Source of the DNA: Ostreococcus lucimarinus
Lineage: Eukaryota
Assembly: GCA_000092065.1 (NCBI GenBank)
Contig: CP000581.1
Direction: 5' to 3' (one strand)
Length of the DNA: 64,000 bases
Made by a program: the position numbers and the translations under genes. Below, piece by piece: positions 10,123 through 19,565 of this stretch. A model generated the notes under the pieces. The model did no database searches and had not been told where the DNA came from. It was given only the letters and a program-made list of their open reading frames with translations. Positions within the stretch are counted from its first letter, which is position 1. Each line of letters starts with the position of its first letter.

Positions 10123-11874
10123 CTAGTGACGGAAGTGTCGATGACCGGTGGTGACGAGGGCGACGCCGTACTTGTTGCACACGTCCACGGCGTCTTGGTC
10201 GCGCATGGAACCGCCGGGATGGGCGATGGCTTTGATGCCGGCCTGACACGCGATCTCCACGGAATCGCCCCAAGCGAAAGGGAAGAAGGCGTCCGAGGCG
10301 AGAACGGCGCCCTGCGCCTCTTCGCCCGCCTTTTCGAGGGCGATGCGAACAGAGTTCACGCGGTTGGGCTGGCCGGAGCCCATGCCGAGAAGTCGACCGG
10401 TGGTGGCGACGGTGATGGCGTTGGACTTGACGTGCTTGACCGCGCGCCAGGCAAACTTCAAGGCTTCGAGTTGCTCTGGCGTGGGTTTGACGTCAGAGAC
10501 GGCTTCAAACGTAATGTCCTCGGGCACGAGAGAGTCCGAGGCTTGCTCGAGCCAGCCACCGCCGACTTGTCGCAAGCTCTTCGTTGATCCCGTGCGCGGC
10601 TTGGTTTCCAAGATGCGCAGCGTCTTGGACTTACCCTTCAACACCTCCAAACCTTCGGGAGTGTAGGACGGAGCGATGACGATTTCATAAAACATGCGCG
10701 TCTCGTCGTCGGTGGGAGAGCGGAACTCGCGAATTTCTCGCGCCATGTCCGCATCGACCGTACAGTTGAAGGCGACGATGCCACCGAACGCGGAGATCGG
10801 ATCGGCGCGAACCGCCATGCGGTAAGCTTCGAGCAAATCGCCATTGGCGCCGCTCGCGCTCGCGATGCCGCACGGGTTGGTGTGCTTGACGATGACGCAC
10901 GTCGGATCGCTCGTCGGGTAATCGCACGCGCACCCGTACGCGGCGTCGGCATCGAGATAGTTGTTGTAACTCATTTCCTTGCCGTGATGCTGGATCGATC
11001 GCGCCACGCCCTCGCCCGTAGACTCGGCGAGCGAACCATCCGCGTATACCGCGGCGGGTTGGTGCGGGTTCTCCCCGTATCGCAGCGCCGCCGTGAGCGT
11101 CATCGGCACCGAAAGCTCGGGCGCTGGGGCACCCTCGCCGATTTGACTCCACAAGTATTCCGAAACCACGGAGTCGTACGAGGCGCAGTGTTGGAACGCC
11201 TTCCACGCCAACTCGCGCTTGAACTTCAAGTCGTCCGCCGCGCTCGGCGAACTCTTCAAATGTTCAATCAACTTTTCGTAATCGTTCGGATCGACGACGA
11301 CGTACACGTGCGGGTGGTTCTTCGCCGCCGCCCGAATCATCGCCGGTCCACCGATATCGATGTTCTCCACGCACTGCGCGAAATCTCCTCCGCCCGCCAC
11401 GGTTTCCCGAAACGGGTACAGGTTCACCGCCACGACGTCGATGGTATCGATCCCATGCTTCGCGATCGCCTCCATGTGCGACGCGTCCTCACGTTTCGCC
11501 AGTATACCTCCGTGCACGCCCGGATGCAGCGTCTTCACGCGTCCATCGAGCATCTCAGGGAATCCCGTCACCGCGTCCACGCTCGTCACCGCCGTCCCGC
11601 TCGCCTCGATCGCCTTCGCGCTCCCGCCCGTGGACACGATTTCGTACCCCAATCCCGCCAGCCCTCTCGCGAGTTCGTTCATCTGGCTCTTATCGCTCAC
11701 GCTCACCAGCGCTCGCTTCGCGCTCGCGCGCGGGGCCACCGCGCGCGCGCGCCGCGTCGCCGTCACCGCCGCCGCGCGCCGTCCCATCGCGCGCGTTCGC
11801 GTCTCGCTCGAGCCCATCGACGCGAACCGCGCGCCGGGCGTCACCGCGAGCGCCACGGTGGTCGTCGTCGCCAT
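10123..11874 (-). CDS. purH: Bifunctional purine biosynthesis protein PurH/ATIC (AICAR transformylase / IMP cyclohydrolase), organelle-targeted
   Basis: Full-length similarity to PurH: 'SVSDKSQMNELARGLAGLGYEIVSTGGSAK', 'KTLHPGVHGGILA', C-terminal 'ASDAFFPFAWGDSVEIACQAGIKAIAHPGGSMRDQD'. Start placed at 'MATTTT...' (ATG at 11874); the longer track ORF to 12078 is Arg-rich and implausible. Confidence 0.9.
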   Translation of the reverse strand: MATTTTVALAVTPGARFASMGSSETRTRAMGRRAAAVTATRRARAVAPRASAKRALVSVSDKSQMNELARGLAGLGYEIVSTGGSAKAIEASGTAVTSVDAVTGFPEMLDGRVKTLHPGVHGGILAKREDASHMEAIAKHGIDTIDVVAVNLYPFRETVAGGGDFAQCVENIDIGGPAMIRAAAKNHPHVYVVVDPNDYEKLIEHLKSSPSAADDLKFKRELAWKAFQHCASYDSVVSEYLWSQIGEGAPAPELSVPMTLTAALRYGENPHQPAAVYADGSLAESTGEGVARSIQHHGKEMSYNNYLDADAAYGCACDYPTSDPTCVIVKHTNPCGIASASGANGDLLEAYRMAVRADPISAFGGIVAFNCTVDADMAREIREFRSPTDDETRMFYEIVIAPSYTPEGLEVLKGKSKTLRILETKPRTGSTKSLRQVGGGWLEQASDSLVPEDITFEAVSDVKPTPEQLEALKFAWRAVKHVKSNAITVATTGRLLGMGSGQPNRVNSVRIALEKAGEEAQGAVLASDAFFPFAWGDSVEIACQAGIKAIAHPGGSMRDQDAVDVCNKYGVALVTTGHRHFRH

Positions 11875-12047
11875 CGTCCTCGTCCTCGTCGCGCCGCGCG
11901 TCCGTCGCGCGCCGTCGTCCGCCGTCGCGCGTCGTCGCCGGCGCGCGCGCCGGCGGTTTTCAAACACAATCGGACATCCGGGTATGCGTAGCAGTGTATA
12001 CCCTAACGACGCGTTTATTCGCGCGCGATGACGCGCGATCACGTACG

Positions 12048-13178
12048 ATGGGACGCTCGAACGCCATCGATGGCGCACCGATCGCGCGTCGCGCGTCGAC
12101 CCGTTCGCGATTCGCGCGCGTCGCGCGACGCGCGCCGCGGAACGACGCGCGCGCGATTCGCGAGGCCGGGATCGGAGACGAACGCGAGACGATCTCGACG
12201 CCGGCGCGCGCGATGACGCGCGCCGATGGACGTCGGCGACGCGCGCGAGGCGGGCGCGCGAGGCGGGCGCGGGCGACGCGCGTCCTGGGAACGTGCGCGG
12301 TCGCCGCCGCGCGTCTCGCGCGCGCGGTGCCGGGTGCAGTGGCGTTTAGCAATTTGACGGCACTGCAGACGCGGGTGGACGATTGCGCGTCGACGGACCC
12401 GACGTTCGCGACGTGCGTGGACAACGGCGTCGCAATCGGTTCTTGGGACGTCAGCCTGGTGACCTCAATGAGACAACTGTTCAAGGATAAGCAGTCGTTC
12501 AACGTCGATATCTCGGCGTGGAACGTGGGTCAGGTGACGGATATGTTTAACATGTTTTCGAACGCGATCTCGTTCAATCAAAACATCGGGGGTTGGGACG
12601 TGTCCTCGGTGACGCAGATGTATCAAATGTTTCACAACGCCACAGTATTCAACCAAGACATCAGCGGTTGGACCGTCGCCCAGGTGCAGGACATGGCATA
12701 CATGTTCTCCGAAGCCAAGGCGTTCGACAAGGACATCACCAGTTGGAGTAATTATACTGGATCCGGTTCCCCCGTTTACGTGCAGATGTTTGTTGGCGCC
12801 ACGGCGTGGAACGCGGCGTGGGGTCGACCCGGCGGCTTGCAGAACTTCGACGGACCAGCGAGCGTGTGGGCGGTCGACGGCACGTACACTCCACCGCCAC
12901 CACCACCGAGCCCACCACCGCCGAGTCCGCCGCCACCACCGAGCCCACCGCCGCCGAGCCCGCCGCCGGCGGACGTGCCCACGTACGGCATAGGCATCAT
13001 GATGGGCGGCGGTCTGCTGTGCGTATTTTTCGGCTACAAGTACTACCGACGACGTCAAAAAGCGCGCGCGCCCGCCGTGAGCATCAAAGATCGCATGGAT
13101 GAGGACGAAGAAGCCATGACTAAGTCGACGGTGGAATTCTTCGACAAGTTGGACAGCGGCCGCATCAAGTCGCCGTAA
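12048..13178 (+). CDS. Cell-surface repeat protein with DUF285/BspA-like 'Mycoplasma-type' repeats, a Pro/Ser-rich (extensin-like) stalk and a C-terminal TM anchor
   Basis: At least 4 tandem ~26-aa repeats of the form 'W(D/N)VSxVTxMxxMFxxAxxFNQ(D/N)I(S/G)xW', then 'PPPPPPSPPPPSPPPPPSPPPPSPPP', then the TM 'GIGIMMGGGLLCVFFGYKYY' and a basic tail. The start is uncertain (first ATG is 12048; the track start 11994 is GTG). Confidence 0.65.
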   Translation: MGRSNAIDGAPIARRASTRSRFARVARRAPRNDARAIREAGIGDERETISTPARAMTRADGRRRRARGGRARRARATRVLGTCAVAAARLARAVPGAVAFSNLTALQTRVDDCASTDPTFATCVDNGVAIGSWDVSLVTSMRQLFKDKQSFNVDISAWNVGQVTDMFNMFSNAISFNQNIGGWDVSSVTQMYQMFHNATVFNQDISGWTVAQVQDMAYMFSEAKAFDKDITSWSNYTGSGSPVYVQMFVGATAWNAAWGRPGGLQNFDGPASVWAVDGTYTPPPPPPSPPPPSPPPPPSPPPPSPPPADVPTYGIGIMMGGGLLCVFFGYKYYRRRQKARAPAVSIKDRMDEDEEAMTKSTVEFFDKLDSGRIKSP

Positions 13179-14187
13179 ACCTCGCCTTCGTCGCCGTCCT
13201 CCGCGACTTGACGTCGCGCGTTCGCTCGTGTAAATTATTGTACCCTTCATTGACACGCGTTCGCACGCGTACCATCGGTGCGCGCGCACAGACCGCGCGG
13301 CTACGCGTCGCCGCGCCTCCGGCGTCGCCGCGAGACCGACCGACCGACCGCGACGGCGTCGAAAAATATCTTCGAAATCGCAACCAATCGAATCGAGCCG
13401 CCGCGCGTGCCGCGTCAGCCGATTTTTACCACACATGGGCGAATCTTCGCTCGAATACGACAAAGGCCCCCCCCGACGCGCGTGCGGATAGGGCGTCGGT
13501 CGCGGCGCGCGCGCGGCACTTCGCGCCGACGCTTCGCGGCGTCCGTCGCGGCGCGCATGCTCCCCGCGGGCGCGCTCGCGCGCTCGATCGAACGCGCGGA
13601 TACGGACACGCGTCGATCGGCGAGCGATGCGCGCGGCGTCGACGCGAACGGCGACGGCGACGGCGACGACGCGCGCGAGGCGGTCGCCCGCGGCGGCGCG
13701 CGCGCGCGCGCGAACGGCGCGACGACGCCGCGCGCGATGGACACCGAGGTGCGTCGAGCGCGCGATCCGATGAGTATAATTACGACGCGCGAATTTACGC
13801 GCCGCACGGGCCGCGACGGCGCGCGAGGCGCGCGAGGCGCGCGCGATTTCGCGTGCGTCTCCGCGACGGACGTTCGGCGGCGCGCCGACGCTTCGATGCG
13901 AGTGGGCGCGCGTCACGCGCGCGGCGATGGAGACGCGCGACGATGGAGGCGCGCGACGATGGAGAAACGTTTCTTCGCGATGCGCGTTCGTGCGGGGACG
14001 CCGCGGCGCGCGAGACGAACGACGGGGGAGGTCGAGCGCGGGTGTGCTTGCCGCGGGTCGTTTCAAGCTTCGGCACTTTCGGGTGTGGGGAGAGGCGAAG
14101 AGGAGAAGAGAAGACGAGGAGACGCGCGAAGGCGCGCGCGAAGGCGACGGCATCGACTGACGTAAAATTATTTAAATCTTCCACGCA

Positions 14188-14845
14188 GGCGCTGAAGAGT
14201 CTGAATCCCGCGCACCTGAAGGCGCTGCTCGGACAAGAAGTGCTCATGACGCTGAGCGACGGGACGACGAGGCAGGGGACGGTGTACTCTCTGGATCCGG
14301 AGTCGTTCACCATCGTGCTCGCCACGGGAACGGACGGTGTGCGCGCGAATGGCTCGTTGCGAGACGATGCGTGCGTGATCGTGCCCGGGCACGCGGTAAA
14401 GGCGGTGGAGGTTGTGGGGGGGAACGCGCTCGCGCTGGACGCGCTGAGTAAGACAAAGACAAACGGGAACGGGTGGATGACGAGCGGCGGTGAACAAGGA
14501 GACGCGATGACGAAGGCCATGAAGTCGATGAGTGCCTCGAGAACGAATTCTTGGGGGGCAAATAGCACGTACGCCGGCATGACGGCACTCCTGAAACCGA
14601 GCGCTGGGACGCAGTTGGAGAGAGTCAAGCGGTGCTTACGCGCCAACATGGTGCCTTTCACGGAACGTCCGGCGCCAGATGGGCCGGGTGACGTCGAATT
14701 GCTCGTTCTTGGCTCGCTCGTCGTGAGTTACCCGTTCACCGCGGATTCCTGCGCGTGCCCGAACGAAATAGTTCTCGCGCGCGTGCGAGAACTCATCACC
14801 GCCGGGTGCCCGGAAGTCGCCAACGGAGCGCAGAGCGTGGCGTAG
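14188..14845 (+). CDS. LSM12-like protein (Sm-like fold plus anticodon-binding 'AD' domain); 3' exon only, 5' exon not located
   Basis: 'LKALLGQEVLMTLSDGTTRQGTVYSLDPESFTIVLATG' is Sm-like. 'YAGMTALLKPSAGTQLERVKRCL...VELLVLGSLVVSYPFTADSC' resembles the LSM12 AD domain. An AT-rich tract 'gtaaaattatttaaatcttccacgcag' immediately upstream (14162..14187) looks like an intron 3' end with a CAG acceptor. Confidence 0.5.
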
Positions 14846-15044
14846 CCGAGACGAGAGGGAGAGACACGCACGCTTAAACACATTCAAACAGTAAGAGAGG
14901 GGAATAGAGCACATACATAGAGGATGGTTGTTTCTAGAGAGGAACAAATTCAACGTTCGATGACGAGTCCTAGCGGCGCGCAAATACATACTGCAATGCA
15001 AAATAGAAAATTTTAGAAACTGCTCTTGTTGATTGAAATAATCC

Positions 15045-16349
15045 CTAGTTGACGCCCGCTGCGACGCTCTCATCTTCGGCTCTCAAAGTATCGACGCCGC
15101 GTGCGAGTGCGGCGCCGAACTCGAGCGTTCGAGGACGTGCAGCCGGCTTTGGCGGCGCCTCTCTGTTCGCCGCGCACGCGAGAGAAAAAGCGCGATACGC
15201 ATCGAGTAATCTTTGCGATGGCTTTGCCTGCGGAATGATCGGACGTTTGATCGCTCGGACGTACGTTTTCGCGAGTACCAACTCTAACTGTGCTTCCATT
15301 CTTTGCTTTCGCGCGACGGTTAACTTTCGAAGCGCGAGATCTTCCCTGGACGGCGTCTTTTCCTCCACCGGCGCGATGGCGCGCTTCTTCGTCGCGGCGG
15401 GGGTCTGGAAAGCCTTCACGACCGTCTTGGTGTCTTTTGCCACCGATTGCGCTGGCGGTGTCTTTCTCTTCTTCGCCGCCGGCGCGACCTCTGTCGGCGT
15501 CGCTTCCTTCTTCGCCGCGGCGCCGTTCGAGTCCCTGAGCACTCCGGCTCCGCTTCGCTTGACGCGTGCACCGATCTCGCGCTGCTCGATCGCTTTCTTT
15601 CTAGCGATGGGTTTGTTTTCCTTTTCAGCGACGTCGACGACCTCGATCGCCGTCGTCTGCACGGAGTTCGATCCGCGCGTCGTCCTCGCGCTCGTCCGCG
15701 TCGGTTTCTTCTCCGTCGGCGTCGCCGCGACGTCGTCCAAAGTCTTGGACAAAACGATCGGCGTCACCGCCGCCGCCTTGGAAGAACGTTCTCGACTTTT
15801 CGTCCCCGTCGTTTTCGTCACCGTCGTCGCGCTCGCTCGTTTCGTCTCCTTCTCCCGCGTCGTCTTCTCCCGCGGCTTCGTTCGCGCGTTCGCCCCCCCC
15901 TCGCCCTCTCTCGCGTCGTCCCCCCGCAGCGCCAGCGTGCGATCGAACGTCTTCATCTCAATTTTTTGCCCGCTCCCGATCGCGTTCGCCACGCGCGCCG
16001 CGACGCCGTCCGCGACGACCTCTGAGAAATCCCGCAGCGCCGACGGCCCCGGCGCGTGTCGCCCCACGAGCGGGTCCCACGCCCACGGCGCCAGACTCGC
16101 CAGTTCCTTCTCCACCCTCGACCGTCGCTTCCCGCGCGTCGTCGACGTCGAGCTCGAATCCATCGTCGCCCGCGTCGTCGTCGTCGCGCGCGGCGCCGGC
16201 GTTCGCGGCTCCGCGTCGCGCGTCCCGCGTCGCGCGTCGCCCGTCGTCGCTCGCCCCTTCGCGTCGCGCGTCGTCGCGAGCGCGGGCGTCATCGCGGAGC
16301 TCTCCGCCATCGCGCGCGCGAGCTGCTGTCGCTCCGTCAGTCTCGACAT
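15045..16349 (-). CDS. Hypothetical Lys/Ala/Thr-rich basic nuclear-type protein containing a KEN box
   Basis: Basic low-complexity body ('AKKRKTPPAQSVAKDTKTVVKAFQTPAATKKR'), the motif 'AEKENKPIARKK', and a better-structured C-terminus 'EDLALRKLTVARKQRMEAQLELVLAKTYVRAIKRPIIPQ'. The track 'M' at 16391 is TTG; the first ATG is at 16349. Confidence 0.4.
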   Translation of the reverse strand: MSRLTERQQLARAMAESSAMTPALATTRDAKGRATTGDARRGTRDAEPRTPAPRATTTTRATMDSSSTSTTRGKRRSRVEKELASLAPWAWDPLVGRHAPGPSALRDFSEVVADGVAARVANAIGSGQKIEMKTFDRTLALRGDDAREGEGGANARTKPREKTTREKETKRASATTVTKTTGTKSRERSSKAAAVTPIVLSKTLDDVAATPTEKKPTRTSARTTRGSNSVQTTAIEVVDVAEKENKPIARKKAIEQREIGARVKRSGAGVLRDSNGAAAKKEATPTEVAPAAKKRKTPPAQSVAKDTKTVVKAFQTPAATKKRAIAPVEEKTPSREDLALRKLTVARKQRMEAQLELVLAKTYVRAIKRPIIPQAKPSQRLLDAYRAFSLACAANREAPPKPAARPRTLEFGAALARGVDTLRAEDESVAAGVN

Positions 16350-16439
16350 TTCACGTTCGTCGTCGTCGTGTGCCGCGTCGTTCGCGCTCAAATGCGCGAA
16401 CGCGTCGTCCGCGTCGTCGCGCGCGTTTGAATTCGAACG

Positions 16440-16560
16440 CGCGCGACGTCAATCGTCGGACGACCACTGAGGGCGGACCCGAGATGGCGCTATGACGGAT
16501 CCAAATACCACTAAAGCGGACCCAAACTACTTAAAGCGGACCCAAACGAGGTTACATATT
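16440..16560. promoter_or_regulatory. Relatively AT-rich divergent promoter region with a thrice-repeated 'GCGGACCC(A/G)A' motif
   Basis: 'gggcggacccgagatgg...actaaagcggacccaaactacttaaagcggacccaaacgagg'. It sits between the 5' ends of the KEN-box gene (-) and the WD40 gene (+). Confidence 0.4.
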
Positions 16561-16580
16561 TAACATTCTTTTTACAGTAG

Positions 16581-18380
16581 ATGGACAAAAAACAGTATTT
16601 TTTCTCAATCGTCCGAACGGCCTCGCGCGCGCGAACGGTCGCGTGCTCGAGTCGCGATCGGTCGCGTGAAACACGCGCGTCGTGCACACGCCACCAGTCG
16701 GGTCGCGACACCACGTCGTGCACACGCCACCAGTCGGGTCGCGACACCACGACCGTCGCGGCGACGCGCGGCGCGCGCGCGCGGCGACGCGCGACGATGG
16801 CGCGCGACGACGACGACGACGACGACGACCGGGCGTCGATCGCGCGCGCGAAGGCGGCGCTCGATGCGCTCGCGCGAGGCGAGCTGCGCGCGCGCGCGAC
16901 GGCGACGGCGCGAGGCGCGCGCGCGGTGGCACACTTTGCGAAGACGCGGACGCGCGGCGGCGCGACGACGAGGACGAGGGACGACGGTGCGCGCGATGGA
17001 GGCGAGGGAATCGCGCCGAGGGCGCTGGTGTGCGTGTTCGAACGACCGCGACGCGCGCGGGACGAACGGGACGGGAGCGAGAGCGAGAGCGAGAGCGAGA
17101 GCGAGACGGCGGAGACGACGGCGGGCGCGGCGTACGGGACGCGAGTGGAAATTCGACGGTGGACGCGCGATTCGAACGTCGGGGGTGACGGTGACGGTGA
17201 TCGCGACGATGACGCGATGGATGGCGATGGGACGATGGATTCAGACTCCGAGGACGCGTACGGGGGGTACTCGAGCAGTTCGAGCGAGGACGTCGTCAAG
17301 CGGATGAAACGTTTGCGAACTCGACCGCTGGGAACGTGCGAGAGGATCGCGTTGACGGATGACGATAAACCACACGTGGGGAGCATCAGAGCGTTTCGCG
17401 CCAGCGCGGATGGGAAGTGGTTCATCACCGCTGGGGACGATAAGTTGGTCAAACTGTGGAGCGTGGACGGTTGGCGATGCGCGCGCACGATTTGTGGCTC
17501 CAAGAAAATTTCGTCCGCGTGCTTCACGCCAGATTCCAAGCATTTCATATTCGCAGACAAGTTCGGCGAGGTACACGCGTGTGAGATAGGTTCAGATAAA
17601 GAGCCCGTGTTGATGTTGGGACATTGTTCGACAATCATCACCGACGTCGAGTGCGTCGAGGGCGGAGACCGCGGGTACTTGCTCACGGCGGATCGAGAAC
17701 ACAAGACGCGCGTCAGCGTGCTTCCAAAGCCTGAAGACCGCACTCGCTTCAGCGGTTCGGCGCCAGAGATTCAATCGTTTTGCTACGGTCACAGTGCATA
17801 CGTGTCTTGCGTTCGACCGATTGTTCAGCCCGCGCGAAAGAAGAAGACTTGGAAGTCGACGAAGGATGTCTTTCTCACCGGCGGCGGCGACGCCTCGGTG
17901 CGCATGTGGGACGCGACGACGGGGAAAGAGACGGACCCACACGGCGCGATCGAGTTCCATCGGGGTGAAATCTGCGATATCGCCACTCGCGCGGAGGGAA
18001 CACACGTCGCGGTGGCGATTGAAAACAAAAAGGCGCTCGCCGTCGTGCATCTCACCGAGTTTCGAGGCGTGCCGAAACTTTTCCTCGTCGGATTCGGACC
18101 GGAGTGGACTGAATCACCGCAATCGATTAAATTTGATAGAAACATGGTTTTGTGGGGTACGGGCGTGCGCGCGAATGAGGATGGCTCTAATACCGCCGTA
18201 ATCATGCGCGAAGGTACCGTCGTCGACGGATTGGAGTTGACGCTGAGCGCGGAGGAGAGCTCGGGGACGACGCGTAACGCGCAGCTACGCAAGAGAGAGA
18301 TCACAGATCAGGAGCGACATGAACGCAAGAAGAATCGGAAAGACATGCAGTTAAAGGCGGCGAACGTAGAAAAGAAGTGA
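16581..18380 (+). CDS. WD40-repeat protein with an Arg/Asp/Glu-rich N-terminal region
   Basis: WD repeats 'WFITAGDDKLVKLWSVDGWRCARTICG' and 'VFLTGGGDASVRMWDATTGKE'. The N-terminus contains poly-Asp and (SE)n tracts. An alternative ATG at 16797 ('[11 protein letters not shown]') may be the true start; the 16581 start includes the 33-bp tandem duplication. Confidence 0.65.
   Translation: MDKKQYFFSIVRTASRARTVACSSRDRSRETRASCTRHQSGRDTTSCTRHQSGRDTTTVAATRGARARRRATMARDDDDDDDDRASIARAKAALDALARGELRARATATARGARAVAHFAKTRTRGGATTRTRDDGARDGGEGIAPRALVCVFERPRRARDERDGSESESESESETAETTAGAAYGTRVEIRRWTRDSNVGGDGDGDRDDDAMDGDGTMDSDSEDAYGGYSSSSSEDVVKRMKRLRTRPLGTCERIALTDDDKPHVGSIRAFRASADGKWFITAGDDKLVKLWSVDGWRCARTICGSKKISSACFTPDSKHFIFADKFGEVHACEIGSDKEPVLMLGHCSTIITDVECVEGGDRGYLLTADREHKTRVSVLPKPEDRTRFSGSAPEIQSFCYGHSAYVSCVRPIVQPARKKKTWKSTKDVFLTGGGDASVRMWDATTGKETDPHGAIEFHRGEICDIATRAEGTHVAVAIENKKALAVVHLTEFRGVPKLFLVGFGPEWTESPQSIKFDRNMVLWGTGVRANEDGSNTAVIMREGTVVDGLELTLSAEESSGTTRNAQLRKREITDQERHERKKNRKDMQLKAANVEKK
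16690..16755. repeat. Perfect tandem duplication (2 x 33 bp: 'tcgtgcacacgccaccagtcgggtcgcgacaccacg')
   Basis: Read directly. It lies in the 5' region of the WD40 gene and encodes 'SCTRHQSGRDTT' twice if translated. Confidence 0.85.
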
Positions 18381-18417
18381 TGAAATAAAATATATAATAA
18401 CATCGTTTCGCGCATCT

Positions 18418-19431
18418 CTACGGAAATCGTTTAAACTTGGAAAAGTCTGGCTTGCGCCCTTCTAAGAACGCTCGTCGACCTTCGTTACCCTCTTCTGATT
18501 GATAAAATAGCAGCGTTGCGCTTCCACCGAGATCTTGAATGCCCGCTTGCCCGTCCTCGGCCGCATTCAATGCATTTTTACACAGTCGAATTGCCGTCGG
18601 CGAATTGCGCAAAATCTCTCGACACCACACCGCCGTCTCCGTCTCGAGTTCGGCTAAAGGTACCACCGTGTTCACCAATCCCATCTTCAACGCATCGCTC
18701 GCGTTGTATAAACGCGCTAAGAACCACATCTCTCTCGCCTTCTTTTGACCTATCAACCGCGCCATGTGCGTACTTCCGTAACCGGCGTCGAACGATCCCA
18801 CCTTTGGCCCCGTCTGGCCGAACACGGCGTTATCCGCGGCGATGGTCAGATCGCACACCATGTGCAGAATGTGTCCTCCTCCGACCGCGTACCCCGCCAC
18901 GCTCGCGATCACGGGTTTCGGCATCCTTCGTATCTGCATCTGTAAGTCCAACACATTCAATCTCGGCGTCTCCTCCGCTCCTCCCGCCTTGGCGTCGACG
19001 TATCCGCCGTCGCCCCTCGCGCTCTGATCGCCGCCGCTACAAAACGCCAGATCTCCCATCCCGCGCATCACCACGACCCCGATCGTCATATCATCTCTCG
19101 CGTCGTCCATGCACCATCGCATCTCCTTCACCGTTCGCGGCGTGAACGCGTTTCTACGTTCGGGTCGATTTATGGTCACCCGCGCGATGCCCTCTGGAGA
19201 CTTTTCATAAATCACGTCGCGCAATTCGTAATGCGACGCCACCGAGCGTTCATCCGCGCCCGGCGCGCACTTCACCCACGAAACGGGATCACGACTGACG
19301 TCACCGTGCACGCGCTCGTACGAGCTCACGCGCGCGGCGTCGGCGCGGGCGTAGGTTTGTCGCGAGAAGCCGTCGTCGGCAGCCGTGACGTGATTCGCAA
19401 TTTGCGCCACGCGACGTCTCGCGTCGTCCAT
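18418..19431 (-). CDS. menB: 1,4-dihydroxy-2-naphthoyl-CoA synthase MenB (crotonase fold), phylloquinone pathway
   Basis: Near end-to-end match to bacterial/plant MenB: '[16 protein letters not shown]', '[62 protein letters not shown]', C-terminus '[13 protein letters not shown]'. A PTS2-like 'RVAQIANHV' lies near the N-terminus. Confidence 0.9.
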   Translation of the reverse strand: MDDARRRVAQIANHVTAADDGFSRQTYARADAARVSSYERVHGDVSRDPVSWVKCAPGADERSVASHYELRDVIYEKSPEGIARVTINRPERRNAFTPRTVKEMRWCMDDARDDMTIGVVVMRGMGDLAFCSGGDQSARGDGGYVDAKAGGAEETPRLNVLDLQMQIRRMPKPVIASVAGYAVGGGHILHMVCDLTIAADNAVFGQTGPKVGSFDAGYGSTHMARLIGQKKAREMWFLARLYNASDALKMGLVNTVVPLAELETETAVWCREILRNSPTAIRLCKNALNAAEDGQAGIQDLGGSATLLFYQSEEGNEGRRAFLEGRKPDFSKFKRFP

Positions 19432-19565
19432 CGCGGTCGCGCGCGCGGCGTGATTTATTATCCTCTCGCGACGCGCGCGACGACTCAGCGCGCGCGCGGA
19501 GCGACGATGAGTGTGGACGGACGCGAGGCGCGAAAGTGGATAAAGCGAGCGCGCTCGCGCGTGCG

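Noticed and set aside
12465-14153. A 562-aa minus-strand ORF (and similar long ORFs at 10882..11991 +, 15049..16470 +, 16511..17743 -, 20668..21807 -, 20677..22161 +, 6557..7603 -, 188..1033 -)
   Set aside because: These are extremely Arg/Ala/Ser-rich with no globular-looking segments, and they lie antisense to or overlap convincingly homologous genes. Long stop-free frames like this are expected by chance at ~65% GC, so they are treated as artefacts.
13208-14845. The 545-aa ORF as a single protein
   Set aside because: Only the last ~220 aa (from about 14188) resemble a real protein (LSM12-like). The upstream 300 aa are Arg-rich low complexity, and an intron-like AT-rich tract with a CAG acceptor separates the two parts.
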